Below are positions 1-12,812 of a stretch of DNA of 64,000 nt, piece by piece. The translations under genes were made by a program, and so were the position numbers. Under the pieces are notes generated by a model. It searched no databases. It was not told where the DNA came from and worked only from the letters and a program-made list of their open reading frames with translations. Origin of the DNA: Oikopleura dioica. Taxonomy: Eukaryota > Animalia > Chordata. Location: assembly GCA_907165135.1 (NCBI GenBank), contig OU015569.1:12648001-12712000 (forward strand). Direction: 5' to 3'. The first letter of the stretch is position 1. Every line of letters begins with the position of its first letter.

Positions 1-3000
1 AGAAAGGGAATATTCAGTACACGCTACTGTCGAGAATATCGCAAAATTTGAACAAAAGAAAAGTTGCTTTTCGAAATTCCTTTTTTATCAAGAAATGTTT
101 TCAGGGAAGGGAATTGTTTTTGGCAAATAGACGGGTGATTACAGTGGGTCACTTACTGGCTTTTCGTGATTTCATTCCTTGACGCTAGTTAGAGAGCACG
201 TTAGTTATAATATCCAACCCTGCGATAAAACATTTTGGCTGGCAGGCTGGACCCTTTTGACTGTATTGGGTCAAGTTATCTCCGTTTGCCCCCAGTAGAT
301 TGCGTGTAGAGGCGGTTACGTGCGCCGTAATCCATAGATAGCGAAAATTAAAAAAGCATTAAAGCATCCTGATCGCGCGTGGACGCCCTTAATTCTTCTG
401 GTCACTTTTTATCACTCTGTCTCATCTTTTAAAATCATGCATATAAAGACTGAATATAGAAGACTTTTGAAATTCTACATTCGATGCCCCCGATAACGGA
501 TGTTTTCCATCAAGCTACTGATTGGCTAAAATCAAAGCGTGTTTTTTCTCGAGAAAATCAAATCAGCAGAATTTCTTGTCTGGGAGTCTCTTGAACTGTC
601 ACTTTCACCGTCAAAATCAAGCTCTAAAATCGACATTGTTGAACTACTGTCATTGTTAACTTGTTCAGTCTTGACAGAGAACAAAGAATCGTACTTACAT
701 ATGATTTGAATTTTCGCGAAAAAGAAACTCACTCAAGCTTTTGTCGAAAAGAACTTTCTCAACTATCGACCCTCTTTGGTTCCTTTCATGAAGTTCGCAA
801 CGAGTAATTTTAAAGCGATTTAGCTTGTCGAGCATTATCAGAAAGTATAATGCGTCAAACGTGTCCCAATTTTGCGATTTGAAAGAGAAATGACCAGAAG
901 GCTAGAAGTTTCAAATTTTTAAGTCGCCAATTTTTGAAGGACGGATTTTTAGTGGGCCTTACAACCTGTGTAGAAAACCTGAGTCAGGTTCTGGAAGAGC
1001 TTGAATGAAAAGCCTAACCCTTCAAGCTCTTTTAAAACCTGACTCAGGTTTTCCACACAGGTTGTCGAGTTTCCAAAAAGCTCATTTTAGAATTAAACAT
1101 CTCCTCTTTTCATGTTGTTTTTGCTCAATTCGGAGAAGCAAGTCCAAAATTGGAGGTTCAAGTGAATCGTTTTTTGAATTGCTCGGATCGAAGATTTGAT
1201 GGCTGCTTCCAAGGGCAAGCATTTTCGGATGATGTCTCGGGAAATTATTACTGCCTCTCGGAATTTTTAGGCTGATGCCTTCTTTCGATTTATTTGAAGA
1301 AAAATGATTCAGCTTTATTCGAGAAAGAAAAATAGTGGAGGCAGCAAAATCTAGGTTCCGCGATCTGTGTACAAAAACCTGAGTCAGGCTTTGTGAGAGC
1401 ATAAACGGAAACGATAGTTTTTTTATTATTTTCGGAGCCTGACTCAGGTTTTTCGTTTGCCGAGTCCAGCTTAAAATAAAAGAAGAACTATCATTCTTCT
1501 TTTCAAACTTTGCGGTTAAAACTTAGTTTAAGACGTCTTTTACCTTCAAGAAAAAAGGTTAAGGCAGTAATCTTGCTCCCTAACTTGGACAACTTATCGC
1601 AGATAACACATAGTTTGCGCGCAAGATTTTGCGGATTTGGCCGGTCAAAATAATGCCAAGATCTTGCCTTTCCAGACTTTCAAATTGCAAAAACTACTCT
1701 TTTTTCTGAAATGACGGCTAGACTCGTGGGGAGATCACGATTACCAAACTTGACTACGACCCAAACGACCTTATTAATTTTTGGCTGTCATTACTGCTTG
1801 TAAAAACGTGTTGATTTTTTAAAGACTGTAATTGCTAGTGGCTACGCCCGGCAACCTGAGAAAAACCTGAGTAAGGGTCCGAAAAAGCCTTAAAAATCCG
1901 GGTGTCTTTTTCGGGCCCTGACTCAGGTTTTTTCCCAAGTTGTCGAGCTCAGGCTTGAGGATTCAAGTCTTCAAATAGCTGATTGCTCTTAATATCCGAA
2001 GAATAAAAACCATAAGATTTGCGAAAGGAATTCCTCGCCCATTCCACTGTCATCCAGACAACAGTGAATTTCAGTTAACAATATATAGAACAGTCTGCCA
2101 ATTGCGGCAGAAGGATAATATTTTTGATAAAATAAAATTCAATGGCAGCGTAATTGTGTCTTAAATAGAAATAGGCCTCACCGACTCGTATTTTCATGTC
2201 ATCTAATTCTTTTTCGAAATACAATAGATGCGACAAAACTCTGGGCCAATTGACAGCCTCGATTTCCAAATCATTGATAAGCTCGTTTTCAAAATGAAAG
2301 TGCCCACAACTTTTATGGAGAAAATTGATATTCGGAGTCCGAATTTTGGACCATCGAATTTTAATCTTGAAGTTAACATAGTGACACCCTTAGTTTATTT
2401 AACCTATCAATTGAAGAAACGGGACAAAGGAACCTTATTTTTTGTTGAATAAAATAAGGGCGTCATTATCTAAAGTTGAGAGAAAAATCTAGACAAATGG
2501 TGTCGACTCCCAAAATACAAGGTCTTATTAAAGTTCACCTCACGAAATCTTCTACTTATCCTTTTCAGCCGACCGAGCTCGACTGCTTCAATTCATCCCT
2601 CCAGCTATGTTTCTCATTTGCAAGTTGCTGCTGTAACTAGTCATACTTCTAAGGCAGCCGACTGACACTTTTTAATTGACATGTTTGTCCACTCATCCAA
2701 TCAAACCGACAATCTTTGAGAATATTTTCAAAACCGAGTTTTTCATTATATTTTCTTGTTTTCAGGATAACTCTTGGCTCGGGAACCTGTGTAGAAAACC
2801 TGAGTCAGATTTTGAAAAAGCTTAGTCTAAAGCTGCGAATCCTGACTCAGGTTTTCTATACAGGTTCCTGAGCTTAGGAAGAACCAGAAGCCACTAGAAA
2901 ACAGGAAGTTTGATGTCTTCTTGAGCATCTATTTCTGAAAGTTATTTCTGATTTACATTCTGCGGGAGTGAGTTTCGGCCCTTTATCGTTCCGGAAACAT

Positions 3001-3495
3001 GGCGGGACTGTCAAGCTCTCAACTCACTCGGCCAGTTTTTTTCTTGAGCTTGATAAGCTTCTTATTCTAATTCGATGATACTCGGTTACTGTTGTCGTGT
3101 CATTTAGAACTGACTGTAAGACCGCCGCGTGGTCTACTCGTTTTTGGAATTTCGCGACGGATTCTTTTCTTTTTGTGAAAAATTGCTTCTCTGAGTGCTG
3201 GAATCGCGCGGCCGAGCAATTTTGTTCAACAAAATTATTCAGATTATTTAGGCCATCCTCGTCAATTTGAGCATTTCTGATTAGTTTTCAAAACTAGGCG
3301 GATCTGGGCTCGGCAAAGAAAAGTCCTTAAAAACCTGACGCAGGTTAAACCAAGTGGTAAAACCTGAAAATATTAACAAGGGCATCAATGTGGCCCTTGT
3401 TGATATTTTCAAAAATCAACGAACGAAATCCTACGAACGAAGGCGAACTTAGAGAATTCCTCGTTCGAAATCTTGTCTCGGCGTTTGATCATTGC

Positions 3496-4435
3496 TAGGG
3501 TAAATCACTAATAATTGAGCTTTTTTGGGCTTAGTAGGGTAGGCATATAATACAGTTTTAGAAAGCTCAGAAGCTGGGGATCATTTTGACTATTGATACT
3601 AGGGGTGATCTCGTACCCTGAGGGCATTTAGAGCCCTCCAAAGTCCCGAAATCTGGCCATCTTCGGTCACGTGAATTTTCTCCGCCCGGAACGGGTTTTC
3701 AGAACCAGAAACATAGCTAGGATTGTAGCCCAGGCTTTGACGGTCATTTTGAGGGGTCTAAAAGTACTGATTACTCCCCCTTCCTGAGGCGCTAGAGACC
3801 TCCGAAGTTGGGGAAGTCGGCCGAAAATGGGTACTTTTTGCAAAAGTACACATTTTCTTCATTGATGCTTCTGAAACACTTGTAATGAGTCATTCTTTTC
3901 ATTTTTGAGGTAGCAGAAACAGTTTGGGGTCACCTGAGGTCACTTGAGGTGAATATTCTAAAAATTCTTAAAAATTGAATTCGTGACCTCAAATGACCTC
4001 AGATGACCCCAAACTGTTTCTGCTACCTTAAAATGAAAAGAATGACTCATTACAAATGTTTCAGAAGCATCAATGAAGAAAATGTGCACTTTTGCAAAAA
4101 GTACCCGTTTTCGGCCGACTTCCCCAACTTCGGAGGTCTCTAGCGCCTCAGGAAGGGGGTAATCAGTACTTTTAGACCCCTCAAAATGACCGTCAAAGCC
4201 TGGGCTACAATCCTAGCTATGTTTCTGGTTCTGAAAACCCGTTCCGGGCGGAGAAAATTCACGTGACCGAAGATGGCCAGATTTCGGGACTTTGGAGGGC
4301 TCTAAATGTCCTCAGGGTACGAGATCACCCCTAGTATTAATAGTCAAAATGATCCCCAGCTTCTGAGCTTTCTAAAACTGTATTATATGCCTACCCTAGT
4401 AAGCCCAAAAGCTCAATTATTAGTGATTTACCCTA
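3496..4435. mobile_element. Foldback-type non-autonomous DNA transposon with ~455-bp inverted arms
   Basis: Ends TAGGGTAAATCAC...GTGATTTACCCTA. Arms are near-perfect inverted repeats around a ~35-bp spacer (3951-3985). Exact 8-bp TSD ATCATTGC at 3488-3495 and 4436-4443. Confidence 0.95.
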
Positions 4436-4732
4436 ATCATTGCCAAACTGACATTTCAAAGCTTTCTCAAGAGCAGTATCTTGACTTCCGAAACTGCTCC
4501 CAAATTCGACAGTTAAATAGTAGACTCATTTTTTACTGTCAAATGATTTCACAAAAGTCAGAAATTTCGCCTTGTTGCCCTTTGCGAACCAAATTATAAT
4601 GACGCCTGCCCGAAATTTCAACCTTTTTTATTTTTTTCAATTGAAAACCGATTATTTATTTCAAGTAATTTTATAATCAGAAGAAGTCAGCTTGTGAGTG
4701 GCAAGAGAGAGAATTAAGAGAGTCATCTTCTT

Positions 4733-4940
4733 TTACTCCTCTGATGAAAACTGTTCCAGGCTGGAGTCGTCAAACCAGCCTTGCTCGCGCATCTCCCTCC
4801 TAGTCATTGAGGAGAATGTCTTCTCATAGACCATCTTAAAACTATTTTTTAATTCAGTTTTACCTATTTTTTACCTCTCGAGCCCTCTGGTACTCAACAA
4901 CCTCAGGTTTCTCGATACAACATGAAGCAATTTGGCCCAT
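4733..4940 (-). CDS. 55-aa microprotein with putative N-myristoylation/palmitoylation motif
   Basis: Exons 4875-4940 and 4733-4834 joined by a 40-nt GT-AG intron give MGQIASCCIEKPEVVEYQRAREMVYEKTFSSMTRREMREQGWFDDSSLEQFSSEE*. Confidence 0.65.
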
Positions 4941-4970
4941 AGTAGAAATTGTAGAAATACTCTTTTTCTG

Positions 4971-5321
4971 GGCGTTATACAAACTTTGGAACTTCTAAGC
5001 ATGAACGGACAAAAAAGGAATTTTTAAGCATGGACGGGTAGAAAAGGGATTTTTAGGCTTGGAAACGGACAAAAGAAATTTCGATTTTTGAAATTTTTTC
5101 AAACTTAAATTTATGAGTCTTTGGGCCCCTCTTTCATTTACACGGGGTTTTATTTGGCTGACAGGCCTTAAATACTCTTAAAATTTAATTTGAAAAAATT
5201 TCCTATATCAAAATTCCTTTTCAGTCGTCCATGCTTAAAAAGTCCTTTTTTCTCGCGTAACCGCTTAAAAGTTCCTTTTTCTCTCCGTTCACGCTAAAAG
5301 TTCCAAAGTTGGTATGACGCT
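4971..5321. mobile_element. MITE
   Basis: Imperfect TIRs GCGTTATACAAACTTTGGAACTT / AAGTTCCAAAGTTGGTATGACGC with inverted subterminal repeats. Confidence 0.75.
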
Positions 5322-5583
5322 TTTTTGCGACTTGACAAAAATATTTTGATGCGCATTTCGTTTTTGGTTTCGGTTAAGATTTCTATCGATGCACTATCGT
5401 TAATCTTTTGCGAACCCATTTAAACTTTGAACTTTATTGTAAACAAATCACTGTAAAACGTCCAGATCGACTATAATTATATTTGAAAAAAGCTCCATTT
5501 TATAAATTCAATTCAATTTTATTATTCTGTCGCAATAAATATAAAATATTAAATCAAACACAAAAGATACAGTTTAAAAAGGT

Positions 5584-6217
5584 TCATTGTGTTTGAGACT
5601 TCTTCATTGGCACAGGAGTATCTTCATCATCTTCTTCAATAAATTGAATCGACTCAAGTTCGCGCGGTTCTTGAGTTTGAAAAACAGCTCTACTTCTTCC
5701 TTTCCGTTTGTTGCCGAAGCTCAGTCGTCGTCCAGATCGAACCTCACTAAGTTTAATTTGATTGAGAACTGTTAGTCTGCTAAGATATTTTTACTTTTCG
5801 CTCAAATTCATCGCCGGGCATTTCTTCTTTTTCTGCGTGCAAGTGAGATTTTTCAGCAACGAAGCCATGTAGCAGTCTCGGCTAAAAAGGCACTAACGTA
5901 CTCGTAATCTGAAGGGGTCACCTTAAGTCCTCCTGAGTGAGCTCCTCGTCGTAGAACCGCTCCACTGTTCTATCAAAAGAGCTGTTTTTCGTCGGCGTCA
6001 TCAGCAATCGTTTCTCTTTCTCTTTTCCTAAAAATCCGCGATCAGAATCATCAAGCCCGCTTCGGAGGAAGAAAAACGCTCTTTCGGAAACAGTACCTGT
6101 ATCTTCAGTTTTAGTTGGCGTGGATTTCGTTGTCCAGAAATTTTGCGCCCGCGATGGAGAGCTCAGATTCTTCAGTGAGTCGCTTTCAAGTTCAAAAATC
6201 ATTTGATCGATCGGCAT
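5584..6217 (-). CDS. Unknown, probably disordered protein (3 exons)
   Basis: ORF 5918-6217 continues in frame through two short GT-AG introns to a stop at 5584-5586. Contains SPSR, two TPTK and RRLSF. Confidence 0.6.
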
Positions 6218-9200
6218 TTTTCGCGATTGGAAGTGTTCTTGTTTTTTCCACGGGGCTGTTTTTGATGTTTGGCTCTAGAAAACTAGCGCGAGCCTTTTTT
6301 GGCGTGAAAACAAGTTATCGAAGTATCTTTTACAAAGTCGTTTGGAAGTAAGAAAAATTGGCATTTTTTGGCCGTGTTGTTTACTTTAAGACACTAGAAA
6401 AATATTCACAATTTTTTATTAAACAAGAAAATCTATAAAAACCTGCAACTTCTATTTATTGTTGCTAGTAGCTATCTAACAGCACTTAGACATTATCTAA
6501 CAAAGAACTAGAAGTAATTAAGAGCATTAAACTCTCCAATCGAATTTCCTTGTCAGAGATCATTGATCAAGGGCCACTTAGTCACAAACATAAAGATAAG
6601 CAGTTTCATTTTTTAAAACTTGCAGCCAGGAATTAATTTTAAACATCAGTCAGCGTTACGTGTCACCGCTCTCAGCTCTGTCAGGAAAATCCGGAAGCAA
6701 AAATCGGGTGATTTGATCCTTCCGGTTCCTTGCTGTTACTAGTCAGGCTCCTTGTAGCTGTTGCTGCTTGTACTAGTTCGTCCCTTCTGTTCGCTTAGCT
6801 GGGATCGGCCAACCTGTGTAGGAAACCTGAGTCAGGTTGCCAAACTCAGGACCTGAGTCTCAGGTTCGCTTAAAATAGACGCATTCGCTACCTGGCCCTG
6901 GCGATTGGTCCATATAAGAAGGACCATTTTGTCTACTTTAAAAAAGGAAAGGGGAAGCTGAAACCTCTCCGGACGTGCCTGTGGACCGCAGTAAAACTAA
7001 AATCCTCTGTTCAATAATTTGAGAAAAAGAAAGGACCGTTGTCTCTTCCACGTTGGCCGGATGACATCCTTAATGTCGAAACTTGTTAAACAACGGAATG
7101 ATACAAAGCGTGTTTCGGGTCAAAGCAAGTTTGATCAACCATCGTTTGAAAAAGTGAATGAAACGCGCATTTAGAAAACGTCAATTCTATATAAAAAAAA
7201 GTCCGGAATGCTCAAATTTAATCTCGATCTCAATTATAAATGCTAGTAAGCCAAAGATTAATAGAAAATATTTGAAATGAAAAGTGGAGATTTGTTCGAA
7301 AAGCGCTTAAAATAAAATATTTGAGTGAGTCGCGGGATGATCTCTTTGTGATCCCCGATCATGGCTAGCGTTCCAACAAGGCGAGTTGGTAACTTTCGGT
7401 AGCGTGGAGGCTGATTTTAGGTTTACCGAACGTGGCAGCAATTTGACTCGCCGCCAATCCGTAAACTACAACTTTTCTGGCCGCGTTTCATTGTTGACCG
7501 CCGATTCTAAAGAGGTAGGCTCGGCAACCTGTGTAGATTACCTGAGTTAGGGTCGACTTACAGCCATACTGTATACAGTAGGACTTATTTATGCCTGAAT
7601 CTTTTAGTAACTGGGGTTATTAGGCGGGCAGTCAGTTATCCTAACCACCGACCTCATTGTACGTTTCTTCGATAAATAAAATAAAAGGGCGGAGGAAATT
7701 ACGAAATTCGGCCTTGGCACGTGTTCTCAGAATACCATGGACCAATTAACACTCCTTCGCGAATAAAGCAAGAGCAGTTGCATGCATTTTCAAACGGATG
7801 ATGCGGCTGTTAGAATTTTTAGCCGCCTCAGACAGTAGCTCACGCGAGCTCAGTAGCTCTTACTTTCACATCGCTCGAAATTCCGAAACCGCATTCGTTT
7901 CGCACGCCTATCTCGCAGTTTCTACAGTAGCTTTTATCCAGAAATACGAAAGTGTCCCTCAGTCACGTCCAAAATTTCGCATTCCAGCCTCTTTTGCGGT
8001 ATTGCGCACATTTTTTCCAGACAATTTTTCATTCTAATTTTTGACTCTAAAATCATCACTTTTGTCAAAATAAGGAGGTAGCCCTAAAATAGGGGTCCCC
8101 TTAAGGTTTATTTTATCCGCTAAACTGAAATTAAACAAACAAGAGAAATCGTTAAAAATCGCGTTAACGACCTCCACCTCCTTATCAAAATCAATTAAAT
8201 TTTCTAACTGTATCGCACAAGCTTTCGCTCAAAAACACTTTCATTAACTCGCGTGTCACCACAACTGAAAATATAATCAAAATTAAGCAGCCGCCTGTTT
8301 TTACGTATTCAACGTGTGTCGGTTGCGCAGGGCAATTACTGCGAGGAACGTAATTACTCGTGAAAACGGCGAGCTCACTTTTTTAACTTCATTCGCAGCA
8401 AAAAATCGGCATTATCCACATGAATCGTATTCGCCACAATCGGATAGCTTTTTCGGAGCCTTCGCCAAATTCGCGAAAAATCGCGTCTCTTCTTCCTCCA
8501 AGAACTGACAATTTTGAATTTTTTTCTGGAACCGCAGGGACAAGAAACGATATCCCATTATTTCTTTTATTCTGAGTAACCGCAGGATATTCAGCTGAAC
8601 GAAACTTTAATTTCTGCGCTTGACAGTTATGACTTTCAACTTATCAGAATTTTGAGTCAAATAAATGAGCTTTTTAAAAGAAAAAGATCAGCTCAATTTC
8701 CGGCAATCTGAGGTCAGATTGACGATTAGGGGCTTTCGCGAGAGGGCGCTGTTTGAGCCAGCCAATCAGCGCTCGACGCGTTGCAGTGGCGCTGTTTACT
8801 TTATGGGCCATAGATTTATGGCGATCTCAATTTGGATCCTTTTCTTTCTTTCCGAGTTATGTAGAAAGGGATGGAATTAAAGCCATTCTTATTGGTCCAT
8901 TTCAAATGGTCTGGAAACATGTTGCAACATGAAAGCTGCGATGCAAGATGTTAGAAAGCGTAAATTTTAAACTAGACAGTAAAACTTACCAAAGACTTAT
9001 GAGAATCGAGAAGCGCGCTGATTAGATGCGAGTTCTTCCGAGGTCATGTCCAAAAATCGACGGTGACGTGCAGTAGCGGAACAAGTACGCTGGCTGAAGC
9101 AGCGTCTTTCCAGCAACGTGCACTCAGATGCGAACATGGCCTCCCACACGCAAAGTCGCGGCTTTCGCTGCCGCCAAAACGGAAGCAATTTTTGCAAAAT

Positions 9201-10058
9201 TTGGCACCTTGACATACTCCCAACTTTGCTTTGCTTACAGACATACACAGTTCTTATAGTGCTTGTAAGCAAGTGAGGAAGAATAATGATCCTATCCTTG
9301 GATGGAAAAAGAGTTAATTTTATTTCTACTTCAACGATGTGAACCCCCTTAAAATGGTAAATCAAGAGCCAGCGCTTTAATTTTGTCCGTTCTCGGTGGT
9401 AGCCACCTTGAAGCTGTCTGCAAGTCAACTGAATAATTACCCGAGAAGGTGAACAACGTGGAGCCTCGATAGGCAAGAGAGATTGCGGCCTGCCTACAAA
9501 TGCTTCAACGGCACGTTTGTTTTGTGTTTAAAAAATCTAGCAAAAACTTCGATAATTTTTCTGAAATTTTAAGTTAAAAAAGTTATTTTGGTTGTAAAAT
9601 TTTCAGTTGAAAATTTATTTTTAGCTAAGTAGATCATTTTTCCTTTGCAGGTAAAATAAAGTTACGTAAACGAGGAACAAGTATCTGCAAAAAGCGATAA
9701 GACTCGGGCAGATAAGTGGCCCTCAACGCTTTACAACATCTATCGGCGTCTTAACACGTTGTTCTAGCAGTCAGCGAAGGTCGTCAAAGAAGAAGTTTTT
9801 ATAAAAAACCCTATTTAAGGAACCGAAATTACAAGGCTTTTAACAGGCGTTCAAATTTGCCCTAGTGCTCTAAACTTGGCCTGTTCCAACAGCTCTTTCT
9901 CGCTGATATTTGATCACTCGATAAGACGGTCTCTCATCCTGGCTATAAACATTTTCGTGTCTGTTTTTCTTCCGGAGCAAGGAGTACTCATCACTTTACT
10001 GATCGAGGAAGAGCATAAAACTGCCATCTGAAATTGACTTATAAATTCGGAGGATTAA

Positions 10059-10628
10059 CCCCCATCGGCCAAAATGTCCATTTTGGACATGGAGCACCTT
10101 CTGACGCCTGTAACTCCCTGCAATCATGGTCAGATCTTAACGAGACCCTGATGTTATGGGCCTCAAATTCGATGGGCTTTCTGGTGGTGACCTTTAATTG
10201 AGGTCCCTCTGTGGAATTTTTAAGAGTAACGGGCGTTTGAAAAAATGTCCAAAATGGACATGGCGATTTTGAGGCGATTTTTTCGAAGTTTTTCGATTAA
10301 TAATTTTTAAATCGAGCATTGGAAATGCAAATTTACCGTTCTAGTGCATATGCGATGTATTAAACTGTATAATTCTAACGCGAAGTCACTATTTTTATTT
10401 TCTAATTTTTAGAATTGGTGCGTGCCGAGCAGCTCGGCGCCCATCTTCTCTCTCAATTTTTCAACCATCCTTTGTCAAATCGAATATTTTGACACTAGAT
10501 TTATAGTAAGAAAGAGATGAGAAATTCATTCCCGCAAAAATTTTCACATAATTCTAACGTTTTCATAGAAATGTCCAAAATGGACATATTGTCCGATGGG
10601 GGTGGAATAAGGCGCTGTCCGATGGGGG
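10059..10628. mobile_element. piggyBac-like MITE
   Basis: TTAA|CCCCCATCGG ... CCGATGGGGG|TTAA. Internal quasi-palindrome ATGTCCA(TTT/AAA)TGGACAT occurs three times. The right TIR is duplicated near 10591-10602. Confidence 0.85.
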
Positions 10629-11882
10629 TTAACAATTAAAAATCTCGCCAAATAAAGGCTTTTTAAAAAATGCAGTTATTAGTCGATTCATTAGCAGGAT
10701 TCTTTAAAGCCAAAAACAGCGTTACCGGATTTCGCCTTCGGAAGTGCGCCGCTTTCTCTGTATCTTCCTAAAAACTTGTTTGACATAATTTTTATACAGT
10801 CGACCGCTACATTTGGGCCAATAAGAAAGACCAAGATATCATTCTAAACGGCAAAAATAGAAGCCTGCGTAGAACACCTAGAGTCAGGTCTTGAAACAGG
10901 TTTAATGAAAAGCCGCGGTTTTTTGAAAATAACATTTTCAGAAGATTCATAATCTTCGCGGCTTTAAATCCTTTCGAAACCCTGACTCAGGTTTCGAACA
11001 CAGGTTGTCGTGCCCAGATAACAATATTATTAATTTTTCTTTTGAATCCTTATTGCCGTTCGCAAAAATGACGGATAATGACGGACTCTTCCGCCTAATA
11101 TCCGATAAAGATTCAAGAGTAAAATTAATAACATGGTTATCTCTCCTCCAAATCGAAAAGTGACTGAGCATCGGATTGAAAGCGGAAGAGTCCATCATTA
11201 TCCGTCAATTTCATCGTCTCTAGAAGCGGCGGACGAAGAACACAAACATTTTTAAAAACGTGCAGAGCCTCCATTTGGCAATTTGCAGCCCGCTAGCCAC
11301 TTTGTCTATTGAGAGTCCACGTGAAATTGGTCACGTTCTCAGGTAATTATTCATTTTTGTCTGCGAGACAGGGACAAGGTGCCCCCATCGAAAACCGGCG
11401 AATGTAGAGCTCGGCTTCTGGACCCTCCAAATTTTCTGAAGCTCTGCTATTTTCATTATCGCCGGATTTTTTCACACGAGCACCGTGTTCAACTAAAATA
11501 TGAATTTTTCGATAAGTCTAGCAGCCAGAAAATATGTGATACGGGAAATGCCGTCGAAATTCCAGCGCCCGTGCACTTGGCGCTAAATTTTCACAAGTGC
11601 AGTTTACAATTTTGAGTGGGACAGTAGAACAGTTTCGAAACTACAGACAGGATCGGGAATTTGGGATCGGGCGCTACAATCTATGTAGAAAACCTGAGTC
11701 AGGATTCTTACAAGTGCCCTTTAGAATCCTGACTCAGGTTTTATACACAGGTTGCCGGGCCTACACTCGGGAATTCGGGGTGTTTTCCAAATGGTGGCGA
11801 TTCCAAATTCTAGATCGCGAGTTTTCTTTTGAGCAATTTTCAAAAAAGCCTTCAGATCGCAAAATCGAAAAAATACGAGAAA

Positions 11883-12812
11883 ATGTCGGCAGGAGACACA
11901 GCAACTGAGTTGATAAAAGACCTGGTTCGTGCGCGAGATACTTTTCCGAACTACGACGACGTAGCTGTTCGCGAAATCGTCGACGAGTCCATCGGCCTTT
12001 TCAACAAAAACAGGGAAGATCTGAAGTCGAAGGAAATGGAGAAGATGCTCGGCAACGACGTCAAGGACGACTACTTGGAAGAAGTGACGGTGGAGGAGAG
12101 AAGCCGATATGTGAATGTTGTTCAAAGGTGAGTTTTTCTTGGTTCTTTTTCCTCAAAGTTAACATATCGACACTCTTATTAAGAGTCGCTGCAATCGAGC
12201 GAAACAAACGTTGCATGATCGCTTACCACATGCGGCGACTGGCGAAAATCCGTGATTTGCGATGGCAAGCCGGCCCCGTCATTCCAGAGCACATCCGGCC
12301 GAATCTCTCCGCTTCGGAGAAGGACTATTCCAACAAGTACAATCGCGCGCTGGCGAAACTGATGAGAGCGCAGGGCATCGATTTCACGCAGAATTCAACG
12401 CCGCCGAAGTCACTTTTTGTGGAGGTGAACGATTTTCAACGAAGATTACGAATAATAACATTCAATTTTCAGGTCAAAGGCATGGCTGACGTCGGCGAAG
12501 TCGAATTGGCCAACGGGGAGACTTTGACTGTCGACAAGTTCAGTCGATATTTTCTGGTAAGAAAGTTCTCGGGCCTAAATTGTCGACAAAACTTCAGAAA
12601 AGGGGCCCAAGATTGTCCATTTTCAATTTATTTTCCAATAAGACCGCCGCACGCGCTTTTTGAATCTGAAAATCGACAATGATGGGCTCTACGTCCCAAG
12701 TTTCGTTTTCCTTGTATTGAATAATCTGCAATTTTTCAAATTTCAGCCCCGAGCAAACGTGGAGCCCCTCATCCGACAAGGAATTTTGATGGAAATCGAG
12801 CGACAAGTCTGA
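11883..12812 (+). CDS. GINS1: DNA replication complex GINS subunit PSF1
   Basis: Exons 11883-12127, 12184-12424, 12473-12556 and 12747-12812 with GT-AG introns. Motifs ERNKRCMIAYHMRRLAKIRDLRW, PPKSLFVEVK and PRANVEPLIRQGIL are typical of Psf1. Confidence 0.95.

Noticed and set aside
1005-1402. ORFs containing KPDSGF/LTQVF/ENLSQ motifs (many across the window)
   Set aside because: They are translations of the family A MITE TIR, not genes.
8997-9476. 159-aa Cys-containing ORF
   Set aside because: No recognisable domain, consistent frame or splice support.
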